This document shows, piece by piece, positions 1 to 13,226 of a DNA stretch of 62,374 nucleotides (positions within the stretch are counted from its first letter, which is position 1; every line of letters starts with the position of its first letter). Made by a program: the position numbers and the translations under genes. The notes under the pieces are model-generated. The model was not told where the DNA came from, made no database searches, and was given only the letters and a program-made list of their open reading frames with translations. Origin of the DNA: Phoronis australis. Taxonomy: Eukaryota; Animalia; Phoronida. Location of the stretch: positions 1 to 62,374 of the forward strand of contig NMRA01001056.1 of assembly GCA_002633005.1 (NCBI GenBank), in the 5' to 3' direction.

Positions 1-743
1 CCCTGTGCATTTTGAAAAAAAATTCGAGGTAAAATTGGATTTGTTGAAAATTAAAAAATATGATTTTTTAAAAAAAACCAACTACAAAAAAACGTTTTTT
101 TCGATTTTTGTCACTTTCAGAGTCATGTCTAACTAGTTAAAACTCCCTTTTTACTCATTTTAGTTAGGAACCTGGAGATTTGATCAGTGTATACACCTAC
201 ATTAAGCGTTACAATTCCCATCAGCTTTGTAGTTATGCATGCAACTAATTCAGTGGTGTTACCGCAAGGTGGTTGAGTATCACTTGATCTGAACAAAGGC
301 AGTATGGCATATGGCTGAAACATTTTTGTGCATATGAGAAGTGGTTGTCTTGGTAATGTAAAGAATCCAACAAATACACTTATAAATTGAAATGGAATAC
401 TTATACAACCGAAATGATAAATATTAGAACAAATATTGACCAAATATTTTCCTGCCGTTGGCAAACGCAGTGATTCCTGCCGATAACTCTGGTCACACTT
501 AAGTTAAGTCTTCCCATTGTAGCCAAGTCAATGGACGCTTCGCTGCTAATTGGATAGGCCTTTTTGATAAGAAACTTGGTGGCGTTATTATCTTCAAAGT
601 AAATAGTTGATCCATTCAGACCGGCTTCATTAGTGACCAGATCCTGAGTCAAATGTCAAGATCTGTAAACATGCTCTTATAGACCTAATTCCCGCCCACA
701 AGAGGCGCGTTCAAAATGAGGCTTGCTACGATAGCTCTGTTGG

Positions 744-2641
744 CTTTATTTATTTATTTATTATTGTGATATTTAAAATGAAGGTGGCCTCTTCAGTGAT
801 AGCACTGCTTTCCAAGAGGGCCCTCAACAAGAAAAAAAGTAATATAATACAATGAAGTAATAAAACAACAATGAAATATACATAACAAAGATACAATTAA
901 AACAGGTTGAGAATTAAGACAATAACTAAGTGACAAATAATGGTAAAAATTTAACTAAGACAGATGAAATAAATTAAGAGATGATTCTAGACAGTGAGAG
1001 TATTTACGACAATGAAAAAATGACATGATTAAGACAGGCAGGGTATAAAAAGTCAAGTTAATTAAAGCCACTTTTTAATATTTACTTTAATGGTAGTAAT
1101 TGAATTGGACCGTTTAATTTCTGGGCTAAAAGAATTCCATATTATAGCAGCTGCATAGATAAAAGATCTCTTGCCCGTCTCGGTTTTAATTTTTTTAGAA
1201 TAACATTGCCAGCAACAGAAGAACGTGTAGAATATACAGCCTGGCTGCTATTGAATTTACTGCTGAGATTTGCTGGAGCCAAGCCATTGATACATCTGTA
1301 CATACAACAGGCAGAGAGATATTTATTTCTTTGTCTTATTTTCATAAATCCCAGCTTGGAATACAAGTCGTCAACCTTAGTGTCCCTAATTTCAGTACCC
1401 AGGATAGCCCTGGCGGCTCTATTTTGGATTACTTGGACTTTGCTGACAAGTGTGTCACTAGTGTGCCCCCAAACCGGTAAACAATAATCAATATGAGGCT
1501 GAATAATAGAATGGTAAAGGGTCTTAAGAGTTCTGACATTAAGAAATTTGCCTTAACGTTTAAGTACACTGATTTTCTTAGATAATTTCTTTGTGATATG
1601 ATCTATGTGCATATTAAATTTAAGATTGGGATCTAAAGTAAGGCCAAAGTACTTAAACTTGTCAATATTCTCGATGGGAGAACCGTTGATAGAAAGGAAT
1701 AGTTTTTGTTGTTTTAATTTCTGGTGGGTTCCAAACAGCATCGACTTGGTTTTACTAACGTTAAGAGTGAGTTTATTTTGAATCAGCCAGTCGTGGATAA
1801 GGGCTAGCTCATCGTTGAGAGAAGTTTCGAGTTCTTTTACCGACCCAGCTGTGGACATAATTGCAGTGTCATCAGTGTATAAAACTGGGACACTGTTGTG
1901 GAGGACAGTAGGGAGGTTGTTAACAAAAATAGTGAATAATAGAGGGCCCAAAATGGAACCCTGAGGTACCCCCGTGATTACGGTTGAATAGTCAGAAAGT
2001 ATACCACCATATTTGGTGGCCTGTTTACGATCGTATAAGTAGTTTCTAAACCAAAGGAGTTCATTATCATTAACTCCATAAGACTCTAGTTTCTGCAATA
2101 GGATACCATGGTCCACAGTGTCAAAGGCTTTCTTAAGGTCAACAAAGACAGCACCAGTTAGCCTCTCCTGATCCATATTATTAAAGATAAACTCAGTAGC
2201 ATGAATGTTTGTAGTAAGAGTGGAATGCAAAGGGCGGAAACCAGACTGTGCTGCCGAGAAAAGGGAATTTTGCTCCAGGAACTGGTGAAGCTGCTTTCGA
2301 ACACACCTTTCAAGAATTTTGGACACTGCAGGGAGGACTGATATTGGTCTATAATTTTCGCAACTTGACTTTTCACCATCTTTAAAAACAGGAGTAACAA
2401 CTGCCATCTTCCATTCTCTAGGAATTGTGGCCGTTTTTAAACTTAAATTCATGATATTGGTAAGGGGCTCAGCTATTTGTTGAGACGCCAGTTTTAATAG
2501 TTTGGCATCAATGCTATCGATGCCACTGGCACTACTAGAGTTCAGAGTTTTTATTTGTTCTCGGACATAGTCAACTTGAATGTCTTGAAACTTAAATGAT
2601 ATTCCCTCTTGTATCCTGGGCGGGAGCTCAATAGTTGACAT
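744..2641 (-). mobile_element. 5'-truncated CR1/L2-group non-LTR retrotransposon
   Basis: RT ORF on minus strand, followed by an AT-rich 3' UTR and an (AATA)n-like tail at ~744-765. No endonuclease region upstream of ~2641. Confidence 0.9.
1142..2641 (-). pseudogene. LINE ORF2 reverse transcriptase and C-terminal domain, disrupted
   Basis: Motifs NYRPISVLP, QSGFR, DLKKAFDTVDH, GVPQGSILGPLLF, YTDD and KYFGLTLD. In-frame TAA at 1553-1555, after which the same frame continues (IDYCLPVWG...QNRAARAI) into ORF 1142-1366. Confidence 0.9.
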
Positions 2642-4558
2642 ACTGGCTTATCGGCATAGTTGCATTCCGCTTTGCTCGAACGGCTAGAAAAAATCCGAAC
2701 ATTCAACTGTCTGTTTTACAATCCCTAAGGTTGTTGAGATTTGGAAGCATTGGGTCGTTGCCATATGCCGCAACGAATGAAAATATTTCCGTGTAAAATT
2801 TATAAATTTTTTGAAAAGTTAGATCATATTTTGTCACATCTCGATTGCCGAGCATCCCATAACAACAACCAGAGAATCTTTGGCCAGCCAGACTGTGTTT
2901 TTATGACTATGCATTGAAACATGATGCATTTTTCTTTCCAAAAGGGACAGGGCCCTCAATCCCTCAATTTTTGGACTGAATATTGTCCCTATTCCCCTCT
3001 CAAAAATATTGAAAAATCACCTGAAATTACCCCCCAAGAGGCCTAAAAATTCCCCTAGTGATTGAAAATTTCTCTTCTAAGTTCAAGTCACCTAACCACA
3101 CAGGTGACAATTTGAAACAACACAAAACGCTACTTGAGACAGAGTCTATGAGAACTTACAACAGGGCGGGGGTGCTATTGATGGTGATCGGGAGGTAGTT
3201 TTTTCCTCTAACTCAGCGACAGAACAAATTCCCCTCTCAGAAGACACAGGCACATTACCCCTCGGATGAACGAGGCCCCTGAAGAAACATGATAAGTATG
3301 CTTGCTCTGCCCAGTTAACTGAAATTGAGACCTTAAAAACGAGGTTATGCTTTGGACGGAGGAATTAGGTGATTTAATTTTAAAATTCAACTTGGTCCAG
3401 ATTGATATTTGAAACGATCTAACACATGAAATATACTAAGAATAAGTTAAAACCAAGAAGGCAGAATTTATGGTCAAATAATTTTTATTATCAGTTACGA
3501 GCCTTGTTATTTATTGTAATAAAAAATATTTTATAACATCAATTATTCTTTCAGATCAATGGCAAATCAACTGTTAGTCCCGGTAGTCCCTACCTCCGGA
3601 CCTAGGCTATATGCTTGATCAACAAAATGAAACAGATGTGACTAATTGCACATCACAGCAAAGTGTGATAAGCCACCTCTGTGGAATATATCCTCAACTC
3701 CTCAACAATATGAGCAGATGACCTGGTTGTGTCCAAAAGATTATCAACAATTCATGACAGTCAGCCTGCTCAGAGAGTGACCTCTTCCCTTCCCCAGTTG
3801 CCCCCTGTGATCATGGCAAAGCATTCTTAACAATACCTCCATAGTGAGCCAGCCAACCGCACAAATTGCTTGTGCAGTATTACGTAATCAATGACAAGGC
3901 CTTGAGAAGACATCAGAATAGAATTCACATATATAACCACTTAGGCATTTATTTAAAATTTTAGTTCCATATTACGTTGTCTTGATTAAAATCGATCATA
4001 TATAGTTGTCGAATGGAAAAAATTGATGCACAACTTGCCGAAAACAAAAAACTTGTGACCTTTTAGCATTGAGGCATTAATACAAACGTTTCACGGCTTG
4101 AAGTATATGTTCAGTTTTGTTAATTAATGTTTCAAATGTAGACATTCTCCATCCAGAACCCTTTATTTATACTCTATGAACATCATTCTCTTGATAAATT
4201 TGCCAATTAATTGAATGTTACTCATTTTCAATTCGCTGAGAACTCTTTCTGCGCGCGCATTAATAACCAAGTAATAAACTTCAGCAACGACCTCTTTCAT
4301 AACCTGTCCGAAGTATTTTAGAAATTGGCAATATTGGCTGTCCGAAATTCGTGAAATTTGAGAAAGTCGACAAAATTGACGGTATCCGAAATCTTAGAAT
4401 TTATGGTGCCATCAACTTTTCGATTTGCGGTTTTAGACAGTTTGAACTTGCACGCAGATTTGTGATCGTTAATGCTAACAAGAAATAACCCAAGCATAAA
4501 CAGCGATGCTACTGACTATGAACAGAATCAACTCGCCAAACTTTGTGATAGGAATTAA

Positions 4559-4611
4559 AGTATATGTATGTGTATGTGTGTATATATATATATATATATA
4601 CACATACATAT
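4559..4611. repeat. (TA)n/(TG)n microsatellite
   Basis: Visible dinucleotide run. Confidence 0.9.
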
Positions 4612-5561
4612 GTCGTGTAACATGCCTTGACTGATTATTCGTAATATCCATTGGCGCTCCACGAAGTTCACCTTAACTGTTCGCAAACCAAACACAAATG
4701 ACACGACTGCAGGTAGCAGGCCCAAAATGTAACCCTGCTTTGTTTCTGGGGCAGCGCGAGTGACATACTTATGAGTCACCTGTGTCACTCAAATAGACTA
4801 GCGAAACAGCGTTGTTGCCAACGAGATGCATGTAAATAAGGCCCCCGTGGTCTCAATTACGTATCTGGACGTTTGGCAATTATAGAACTATTGCTTTATG
4901 CGACAGGTATATTTAATCAATAGAAGTTTGGAATTAATATTCTGAAATATAGCAGTAGGTCAGATTACAATTTAACCGAAGTAGAGCCTACGTAGTTCTA
5001 ATCACAAAACACCACTAAGCGCAAGTGACTGTTCACGTAGCCGGCTACAAGTGCGTTAACTACTTAGATGCTAATTATGCTTTAATATGAAAACGGTTCA
5101 TCCTGATAATATCGGCCCTTGCGTTCCCGGTACTGCTGTTGGAATTTTATCTGTACTATGTTCACTCAAGCTCGATAGCAATGCCATCCGCTCGTGAATG
5201 AATTCAATTTATATTTTATGTGTGCAGGCGGATTTAGAGCGATCTTTACTACAGGCCCAGGTTTCGTTTTACAAGTCTTATGCCATCAACGGAAACGTGC
5301 AACTTTTACTTAAGATTAAGAGGTTCACACACTGTTTCAGATGGTTTCAAAATTCTTAACCTTGGTGTGAGAGAGAGCCGAAATATTTCGTGTAAAATAG
5401 AAAATAGGCTAGTAAATGGAATGTGAGTAGTGAGACAAAGATACATCTACACATGAACATTTTTAACGTATACTGCGCTACAAACTAGGACGTGGATTTT
5501 TGCATTTCACACAATTTGTTTTACTTGACACTAAACAACATTGTTTTGGCGATTTGAGCGC

Positions 5562-5595
5562 ATGGCAAAGCGAAGGTCGGGGTGCCTGGAGGAAG
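5562..5595 (+). CDS. Candidate first coding exon (MAKRRSGCLEE, phase 1)
   Basis: ATG followed by a perfect AAG|GTAAGT donor at 5596. Very short and has no homology support. Confidence 0.2.
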
Positions 5596-5695
5596 GTAAG
5601 TGGGCTGTAGGTTCACACAAATAAATTGAAGCCGTGAACCTGTAATCTGACTTGATAACACAACGCTGGTCTCATCACCGGTGCTTATTAATTAT

Positions 5696-6640
5696 TAGAC
5701 CGGGATCCCAGACCTTTTTTGGGCATGAAAAGGTTACCAATTATCTTTGGTGCCACAGTGCTCTGTGGGTATCCTAATGCTTGGAAATGGCCGTCTGACA
5801 GGTTCGCTTTGGTGGGTGTGGTCGGGGGGGCCAAGAGAATGATGCTCAAAAATTGAGCTAGATCAACTTTTCTGGTAACCACTTCAAACTGCCTGGGATA
5901 CCTCCTAGGTAATCCACTGTATCAAAATTGGTCACTGCCAGACAATTTCAGTGGTGGGGAGTATCAGCCAGACGGTTATAAACAAGGTTAAAAAATTGAG
6001 CTAGATCAATCCAAGAGGTAACCGTGTGAATCCAGTTTCAAAATATTCACCGTGAGCCCAGGTATCTCGAATGAACACTGCCAGACAAATCTAGTGGTGG
6101 GTTAGCCCCGCCAGACATGCCTAAATACCCAAGTTGAGCTAGATCAACCCACCAGGTAACCGTTTGAAACCAATTGCACGATGTTCAGCATCACTGTACA
6201 TGGCACAAGTGTTAGATGCCAGAAAGTTTCAGTGGTGGAGTGTCACTGCCAGACGATTATCATTTAAGGGTTAAAAATTGAGCTAGATCAACCCAAAAGG
6301 TAACCGCTTAAAACCAGTTCCAAAATATTTACCGTTAGCCCAGGTATCACGAATAAACATTGCCAGACAAATCTAGTGGTGGGTTAGCCCCGCCAGACAC
6401 GCCCAAAGACCTGAGTTGAGCTAGATCAACCCAAGAGGTAACCGCATGAAACCAGTTGCAAAATATTCGCCGTAAGCCCTGGAGGTATCAAGAATAAATA
6501 CTGCTAGACAAATCTACTGTTGGGTTATCCCCGCCAGACACGCCCAAGTACATGAGTTGAGATAAATCAACCCCCCCAGGTAACTGTTTGAAACAAACCA
6601 TCCAATGTTAAGCATCACTGCACGTGGCACAACAGTAAGA
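5696..6640 (+). repeat. Modular TIR arm: ~140-bp tandem units
   Basis: GAGCTAGATCAA...GGTAACC core at 5855, 5998, 6136, 6280, 6418 and 6559; inverted counterpart at ~9310-10343. Confidence 0.9.
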
Positions 6641-7039
6641 TGCCCCAATCAGACAAATAAAGAGTCGAAACAAAATTGATTATGCATGTAAGCCCATTCA
6701 CAATGAATGAGCATCACATTGAGGAACCAGGCTCTTCAATTTTTAATAAAGCCACTGAGTCCGTGCAACAAAGGTTACCACACAAGGTGAAAGATTTTTG
6801 TCCGCAAGTTTACGTCGGGGCTTGATAACTAAAAACATCGCACCTGATGTTGCAGCGACCTCCCAATTTCATGCGAAAACAGTGGAATACTCCACATGAT
6901 TCAGTATTAAAAACAAAACCTAAAAACCTGTCCGAGACGAATAGCACATTGTGTTTGCACGAATTTCGATTTTTTGTTGTCCTATTTTACCAGTCTAAGC
7001 TGCGTCCCTCTGTTTTCGGACGAGTCATTTCATTCAACT

Positions 7040-7420
7040 GCTAAAACGAATAATAATAAAATGCCGTCTTTTGTTGTCTTCTGCATTATGTATGCGCCCC
7101 AACTACCTTCATTTCACACAGTGATTAATATGAAATTTGGCAAAACTCATCAGTTTTGGGCAATCTCCATCTTTATTGTAAGTTGAGCCCACAGAGTACT
7201 CCAGAGATGTATCAAGAACAATGACGTCAGTGGCTGTATCAACATTTTCCCGACTATGCTAGATGTATTCTTTGCCCAAAACGCCCAAACTACGTCAAAA
7301 GTTGAAATTTGCAGACCCAATATTACGTGAAGTGCTGGAAAATGGTGCGTTCTCAGTGCTATGTACGAGGATCAACGTCAGTAGATCGGCTGTTGACCTC
7401 TCTTTGAAACAGTCCATATT
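7040..7420 (+). pseudogene. Academ-type transposase fragment
   Basis: FGKTHQFW and NGAFSVL...RSAVDLSLKQS. Better-preserved copies at 42904-43206, 46984-47331 and 60345-60740 show DVFF..(N/D)RPNYARW. Confidence 0.65.
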
Positions 7421-8317
7421 TTTATGTTTGATATGGTGTTCTCCAAAAAGGCTGAAAACATCTCTGCGTCACCTGATATTGAGTAAGTACGGTCGTGTTA
7501 GATTTCGTGGAAACTGTCAAAGCTGTAACTTAGATAACACATTCTGTTCATGTTGCGAACATGTTATTCACAGTTCGTGGGTATAACGTGTCCTGTTTTT
7601 CAGTTTAGTTAGATTGACAATCATTTCATTTGCACGACACTTGTACAGCATGCGGGAAATGGAACTGTTCGCTTTTTGTCTTTATAGTGAATATAAAACA
7701 TGTTCGAATTAATTATTCATAGATTTTCTTTATGGGGCTCAGTCACCATGGCGACGGCCCCGTTCATCCATTTTGGGGGAGGGGGTTGCAGTTGAGTTAA
7801 ACGAAGATTCTAGTTTATGCTTCACCTTTTTACTTTTATTATGAATTGTACAGGCCTGTAGCTATGGGGGGGGGGGGTTCGGGGGATTCTATCCAACAGG
7901 ATCGTGGATAGGATAAGAGGAGGCTTTATGTTATTCATAAACCACGCTCGTGGTGGCTACACCTAAGGGTAACAAGTGAGTCCAGATGGGAACCTAAGCA
8001 TAAAAGTCTAGCCCTACGACCTTAGTAAGCTACAAGTTTTGTAAATAGCATTGAGAGAGCTCCCAAAAAATAGAGCGGTGTGAATGCCTTAAACCTCAAC
8101 TTTGGTCAATGAAAATCTCTAGTCAATTGATGTCAATGGTGCACAACCCTGCAGACTTCATACTATCTACAAACTTGATGCAAAAGATTTCCAAGGTTCC
8201 ATGTCACTGTGACGAAGGTTCAATACTCCGAAGGTGCAGTACTCCGAATGCCCAATACTCAGAAGGTGCGTTATGTTCTAAAATTCACTACTTTGAATTT
8301 CCACTATTCCAAAACCA

Positions 8318-8688
8318 GGACCAGGTCTCTAATCTTTGTGCTCGAAACGAACTCGAAATTATTTTTGGCAATACCTCTGCTTCTTTTGTGTGAACTCAAG
8401 ATAAGTGGTATTCAGACTGTGCTTGTATAAGTCTAGTTTATGCATGCGAGTTTCTAGTTTGCATTTAAAAACCCTTATATTCGTGCTACAACCTGGAGTA
8501 AAAACTCGAAATTTCGAACTCAAACTCAAACTTTTAGCTTTATTGATGGATTTATCAAGTGCAAATAAATCATCCACGAAAGTCATTATGTACTTGAGAA
8601 TATAGAGTAATAGACACTTATCTTGAGTTCGCACTAAATTAGAGTAAAAAATGCCGAACATGATTTCGACGAACGAGCCCCGAGGTCC
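8318..8688. mobile_element. Harbinger-like MITE (CTCGA family) carried inside Academ
   Basis: Homologous to 15966-16352, 40858-41256 and 52977-53361. It occupies the same position in Academ copy 2. Confidence 0.7.
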
Positions 8689-11009
8689 GACTCAGAGATA
8701 CAAATAGTCCGAGAAAACGAGATATAAGTCCACTAAAAAGGTGCAAACGCACAATTCATTGCACGTACAGCTCCGATAGTGGTACTTTTTTTGAGTCAAC
8801 TGACTATTTTGTCTGTAAAAGGTCCGCATCACCAAGAATTCGAGCCCCCCATATTGAAGGCTGGGTGCGCGCGTGAGTAACACGCTTAAATACAACCAGA
8901 TAAACAATTTTGTTAAGTCATTCACCGACTAAACTTCATATTTCCGTTTGAGGATGCAATGAGGTGTAATCACTCATTTAAGTATGGCTGATTTGAAACT
9001 TTGTCAGGAGATAATGCGAGAATGTTCTCTTCCCCCTAATTAAGCTGAGTCAAAAGCCTTACTGAAATTTCTACAGTGTCGACATTTGCAAAATACCAAA
9101 GGTCCACCGTTCTTGAAATTCGAACCACCCGCCACTCAATGCTGGCTACGGGCCTGAATAGGATAATTTATATGCATTTGAGTAGTAGAGAGATGGGGAC
9201 ATCTAATATAAAGTCGCCCCTGCATCGACCAAACCTCTGTATGCTACTGTCCCATTGCTAAAAATGTCTGTAAAATACCTTTTGTTGCATGCAGAATGTT
9301 GCTCAACATTATGCAAATGGTTTCAAACGGTTACCTGGCAGGTAAATCTGGTCGAACTCGGATATTTCATCGTGTGTGGTGGGGCTGATCTACAACTAGA
9401 CTTGTCTCGCAGTGTTTATTCATGATACATAGGCTTACGTAGAATATTTTGCAAGGTTTCATGTGGTTACCTTTTAGGGTTGATTTACCTCAAATTTCAG
9501 CCCTTTAGTCTGGGAGGGACACCCCACCACTGAAATTGTCTGGCATCTTACTGTTATACGATGTACAGTGATGCTGAGCATCGTGCAGTTGGTTTCAAAC
9601 GGTTACCTTGTGGGTTAATCTAGCTCAACTCAGGTATTTGGGCATGTCTGGCGAGGCTAACCCACCACTAGATTTGTCTAGCAGTGTTTGTGATACCTGG
9701 GCTTACGGTGAATATTTTGGAATTGGTTTTAAACGGTTACCTCTTGGGTTGATATAGCTCAATTTTTAACCCTTTTTGATAATCATCTGGCAGGGGTACC
9801 CCACCACTGAAATTGTCTGGCATCTAACACTTGTACCATGTACAGTGATGCTGAACATCATGCAATTGGTTTCAAACGGTTACCTGGTGGGTTGAGCTGG
9901 CTCAACTCGGGTATTTGGGTGTGTCTGGCGGGGCTAACCCACCACTAGATTTGTCTGGCAGTGTTCATTCGGGATACCTGGGCTCACGGTGAATATTTTG
10001 AAACTGGATTCACACGGTTACCTCTTGGATTGATCTAGCTCAATTTTTTTACCTTGTTTGCAATCGTCTGCCTGATACTCCCCACCGCTGAAATTGTCTG
10101 GCAGTGACTAATTTTGATACAGTGGGTTACGTAGGAGGTATCCCAGGCGGTTTGAAGTGGTTACCAGAAAAGTTGATCTAGCTCAATTTTTTAGTGTCAT
10201 TCTCTTGGCTCCCCTGACCACACCCACCAAAGCAAACCTGCCAGACGGCCATTTCCAAGAATCAGGATACCCACAGAGCACTGTGGCACCAAAGAACCTT
10301 GGTTACCTTTTCATGCCCAAAATAGCTCTGGGATCCCGGTCTATATCTGTTAATCCAAATACAAAGTGTGACACTGTGGCGAGAATATACAGTTCATTTA
10401 CATAATGAAACCGCGATCAAGCTTGGCAAATGTTTCGACTGTCAAAGAAACGAGATCCACCTCGATAGCTGCAGACTGCGACAGTAGTCAATACATTACA
10501 TCGGCAGCATTTGTAAACAATGTGTAACTCAGTTGCTTAATGAACTTCGAGATATACGTCCCGATCATGCAGAAGAGCGCACTGTCCGAAATGTGAGAAT
10601 GATGGCCAATGCCACTAATATCGACGTGTCCGAAATTTCAGAAATAGAGATGAATGCCAAATTTGACCGTTTCCCAAATTTCAGAATCAAAAAATCTGTT
10701 TGGGGTTGGATTTAGGTGTCCAGAATTTGGGAGACTTCGCTAAGTTTGGGAATTTTTACAGTATGATTATTTTTGCATGATATGTATTGAAACCGTGTTT
10801 TAGATTCGTCAGGTTAGATTGTTTTGATAACTGTGATCAGTAGGCCTACCCAAGTGGTGCGTTTTGAGTCGCAGAATATGTAAGTAAAATATTTAACTAT
10901 ATTTTCATTTTCTAGGAGTTTATTTATAGAAAACCAATTAGATGTATCCGCTATCCGAGTCTGAGTTAAGGAAAATACTGTTCATATTATTACTTCTCAA
11001 CTCCATCTT

Positions 11010-12337
11010 GGTGAATACCTCATGTTTATATAAATATGTGGACGCATTATGCCGTCATCTCCGTCGGTCCGTCCGGCGTCCGTCCGGCGTCCTTCCGTCC
11101 AGCGTCCGCTGCTCTATCTCCAAAACCCTTTGATGTACATTCATGAAATTTTGCACATGTGTTCTTATTATGGATGGGATGGCATGAGCGAAGTTTAGGA
11201 CGGATCCAACTACCGGTGTGCCCCCTAGTGGCAATTTTAGTTTTTTACATTTACCTCTATCTTAAAAGGTCCTCAATGTATTTTCATAAAATTAGAAATA
11301 TAATCACCTATTAGGGAGACGAAGCTATCCTCCCATTTTGACATAGTTTGCGCCACCTAGTGACCATTTTTACTGTTTTTAGTCTGCTTTTTGGTGTCCA
11401 TCCCTCTATCAACCAAACCACACCAAGGATGATTGTTAAAATTGGCATGTATGTTTTTATTATGTAGAGGATGGCTGACGATGATTTACCAATGACTTTG
11501 ACTACTGTGGCACCTCCTAGTGGCAGTTTTTTGTGCCCATGGCTGTATCTCCTTAACTGTTTGGAGCGTCTTTGCTAAATTTAGCAAATGTATTTATATG
11601 ATGTTAACAACGGATGACACCAACTTTCGGATGGATCTGACTGCCAGTGTGGCCCCTAGTGGCAATTTTCATTTTTTTAGGCTTGCCTCTGTGTCTTCAA
11701 AGATCCTCAACGGGTTATCAGAAAGTTTAGAATACAGGCATTTATTGGTGAGATGATGCTATCCTCCCGCTTTCGGATGGAATCGAGGAACTTTTGCGCC
11801 ACTTAGTGGCCATTTTTTCTGTTTTTGAGTCTTGTTTTTGGCGTCCACCCCTTGATCAACCGAACGATTCTGAGGATGACTTTGAAAATTGGTGTATATA
11901 TTCTCAGTGTGACGAGGACAGTTGACAGTAACGTATTTGACGACTGTAGCTCCTCCTAGTGGTAGTTTTGTTTTGTTTTGCGCCCATAGCTGCATCTCCT
12001 AAATTCACTGCAGGATCTTCATTAAATTTAGTAATTGTACTTATATGAAGCTAACAACAGATGATGACATCTTTCAGGCAGATCCAGTGAAGGCTGTGTC
12101 CCAAAGTGGCAATTCACTATTTTTTGTTTTCCTTAGTTTCTCTGAAGTTCCTTGACAGATTTTTATGAAATTTCGTAGTTTTCTATTAAAAAAGCGATGG
12201 CATGTACCCATTTTCGGATGGATTGGACTTTTTTCGCCCTGTGGTGGCTATTTTTATGAAACAAATAAACAACCCTAGAAGCACTCCGTTTGCGGTGCAT
12301 TTGTGGGCACATTTCAATGCTCTGCATTGCTCTTGTT
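11010..12337 (+). mobile_element. Helentron-associated/DINE-1-like non-autonomous element with internal tandem repeats
   Basis: (GTCC)n-like microsatellite at 11061-11110, then recurring CC(A/C)CCTAGTGG-cored units. Boundaries are approximate. Confidence 0.6.
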
Positions 12338-13050
12338 AATCATTTAATGATATTCTACTAAGTTTCATGCAAGGAGAAGCAAAATGTTGTTGTTTGTAAT
12401 GGTCCCGGGTAAGTTCGAATGTAGTTACGCCTGAAAGTGAACTGCGCTGTTACTCGCGATTGATTAAGTCTACTAACGGGGAACCGAGAACTGTACAATC
12501 TGAGTGTAAACAGGTCCTACGTATTATTTTTTCTGGAGTATCCTTAATTCTCACCAGTTATTTATTTCTCTGTTATCAGGAGTTCTGAGACTCAGCTCAG
12601 ACGATGCATCATGTGGCGTACGAACTTGAATTCAAAAAGGAATTATATGAGTTGATGGCCTTTGCATAGTAAGACACCAAACTAAGTTTGAAAATTAATG
12701 TTCTGTTTTGGCCCCAGCTATGAATGGTATTCGTAAAACACCCTTTTGCTATGTATCTTTCAAATGTTTAAACTTCCAAAAGCTGCCATCTTCTTTTACT
12801 TGGGATCAGTGTGCCTCATGCTATCAGAGAGAGATGAAGAGTTATATTTACACATGAGGCGATTTTTTTTTCAAATGAGACTATCTTATTTAGCCTCAAA
12901 GTGTGTGGAACGGTTCCGCACTTTTTATATCCACTTAGGGCCATAAAAATGGTATGAAATAAATCTATACCTTACCCTAAACGTGTTTACAATGTTACAT
13001 TTTTGTTACCTCCATTAGCATTTTCTTAATTAGAAGTTCAATTTTTGCCA

Positions 13051-13226
13051 TGCGGATTATTCCGCACTGACTGGAATATTCCTCACTGACTGCGGAATAT
13101 TCAGCACTGACTGCGGTATATTCTACACTGACTGCGGAATATTCCGCACTGTCAGCGGAATATTCCGCACTGTCTGCGGAATGTTCTGCACTGACTGTGG
13201 AATATTCCGCAGATTTTGCTGAATAT
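13051..13226 (+). repeat. ~22-bp minisatellite (GCGGAATATTCCGCACTGACT), left part
   Basis: Tandem units containing the palindrome GCGGAATATTCCGC. A related array resumes at 27285. Confidence 0.85.

Larger units (their letters stand above)
5696..10343 (+). mobile_element. Non-autonomous Academ (AcademX-type) DNA transposon, copy 1
   Basis: Termini TAGACCGGGATCCCAG...CTGGGATCCCGGTCTA, TAT TSD (5693-5695 and 10344-10346), ~1 kb inverted arms and an internal transposase relic. Confidence 0.85.

Noticed and set aside
129-652. Possible PHD-like Cys/His pattern (HCVCQ...ICSNIYHFGC) split across frames
   Set aside because: Needs a frameshift and lacks the full ligand set, so it is too weak to call.
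3556-3830. Exon-like segment after a TTTTCAG acceptor
   Set aside because: All three frames stop early and there is no matching donor.
5696-6640. Regularly spaced repeats resembling a CRISPR array, and ORFs 5688-5882 and 10157-10405
   Set aside because: The intervening sequences are homologous to each other rather than unique spacers, no cas genes are present and the context is eukaryotic. The ORFs are chance frames in TIRs.
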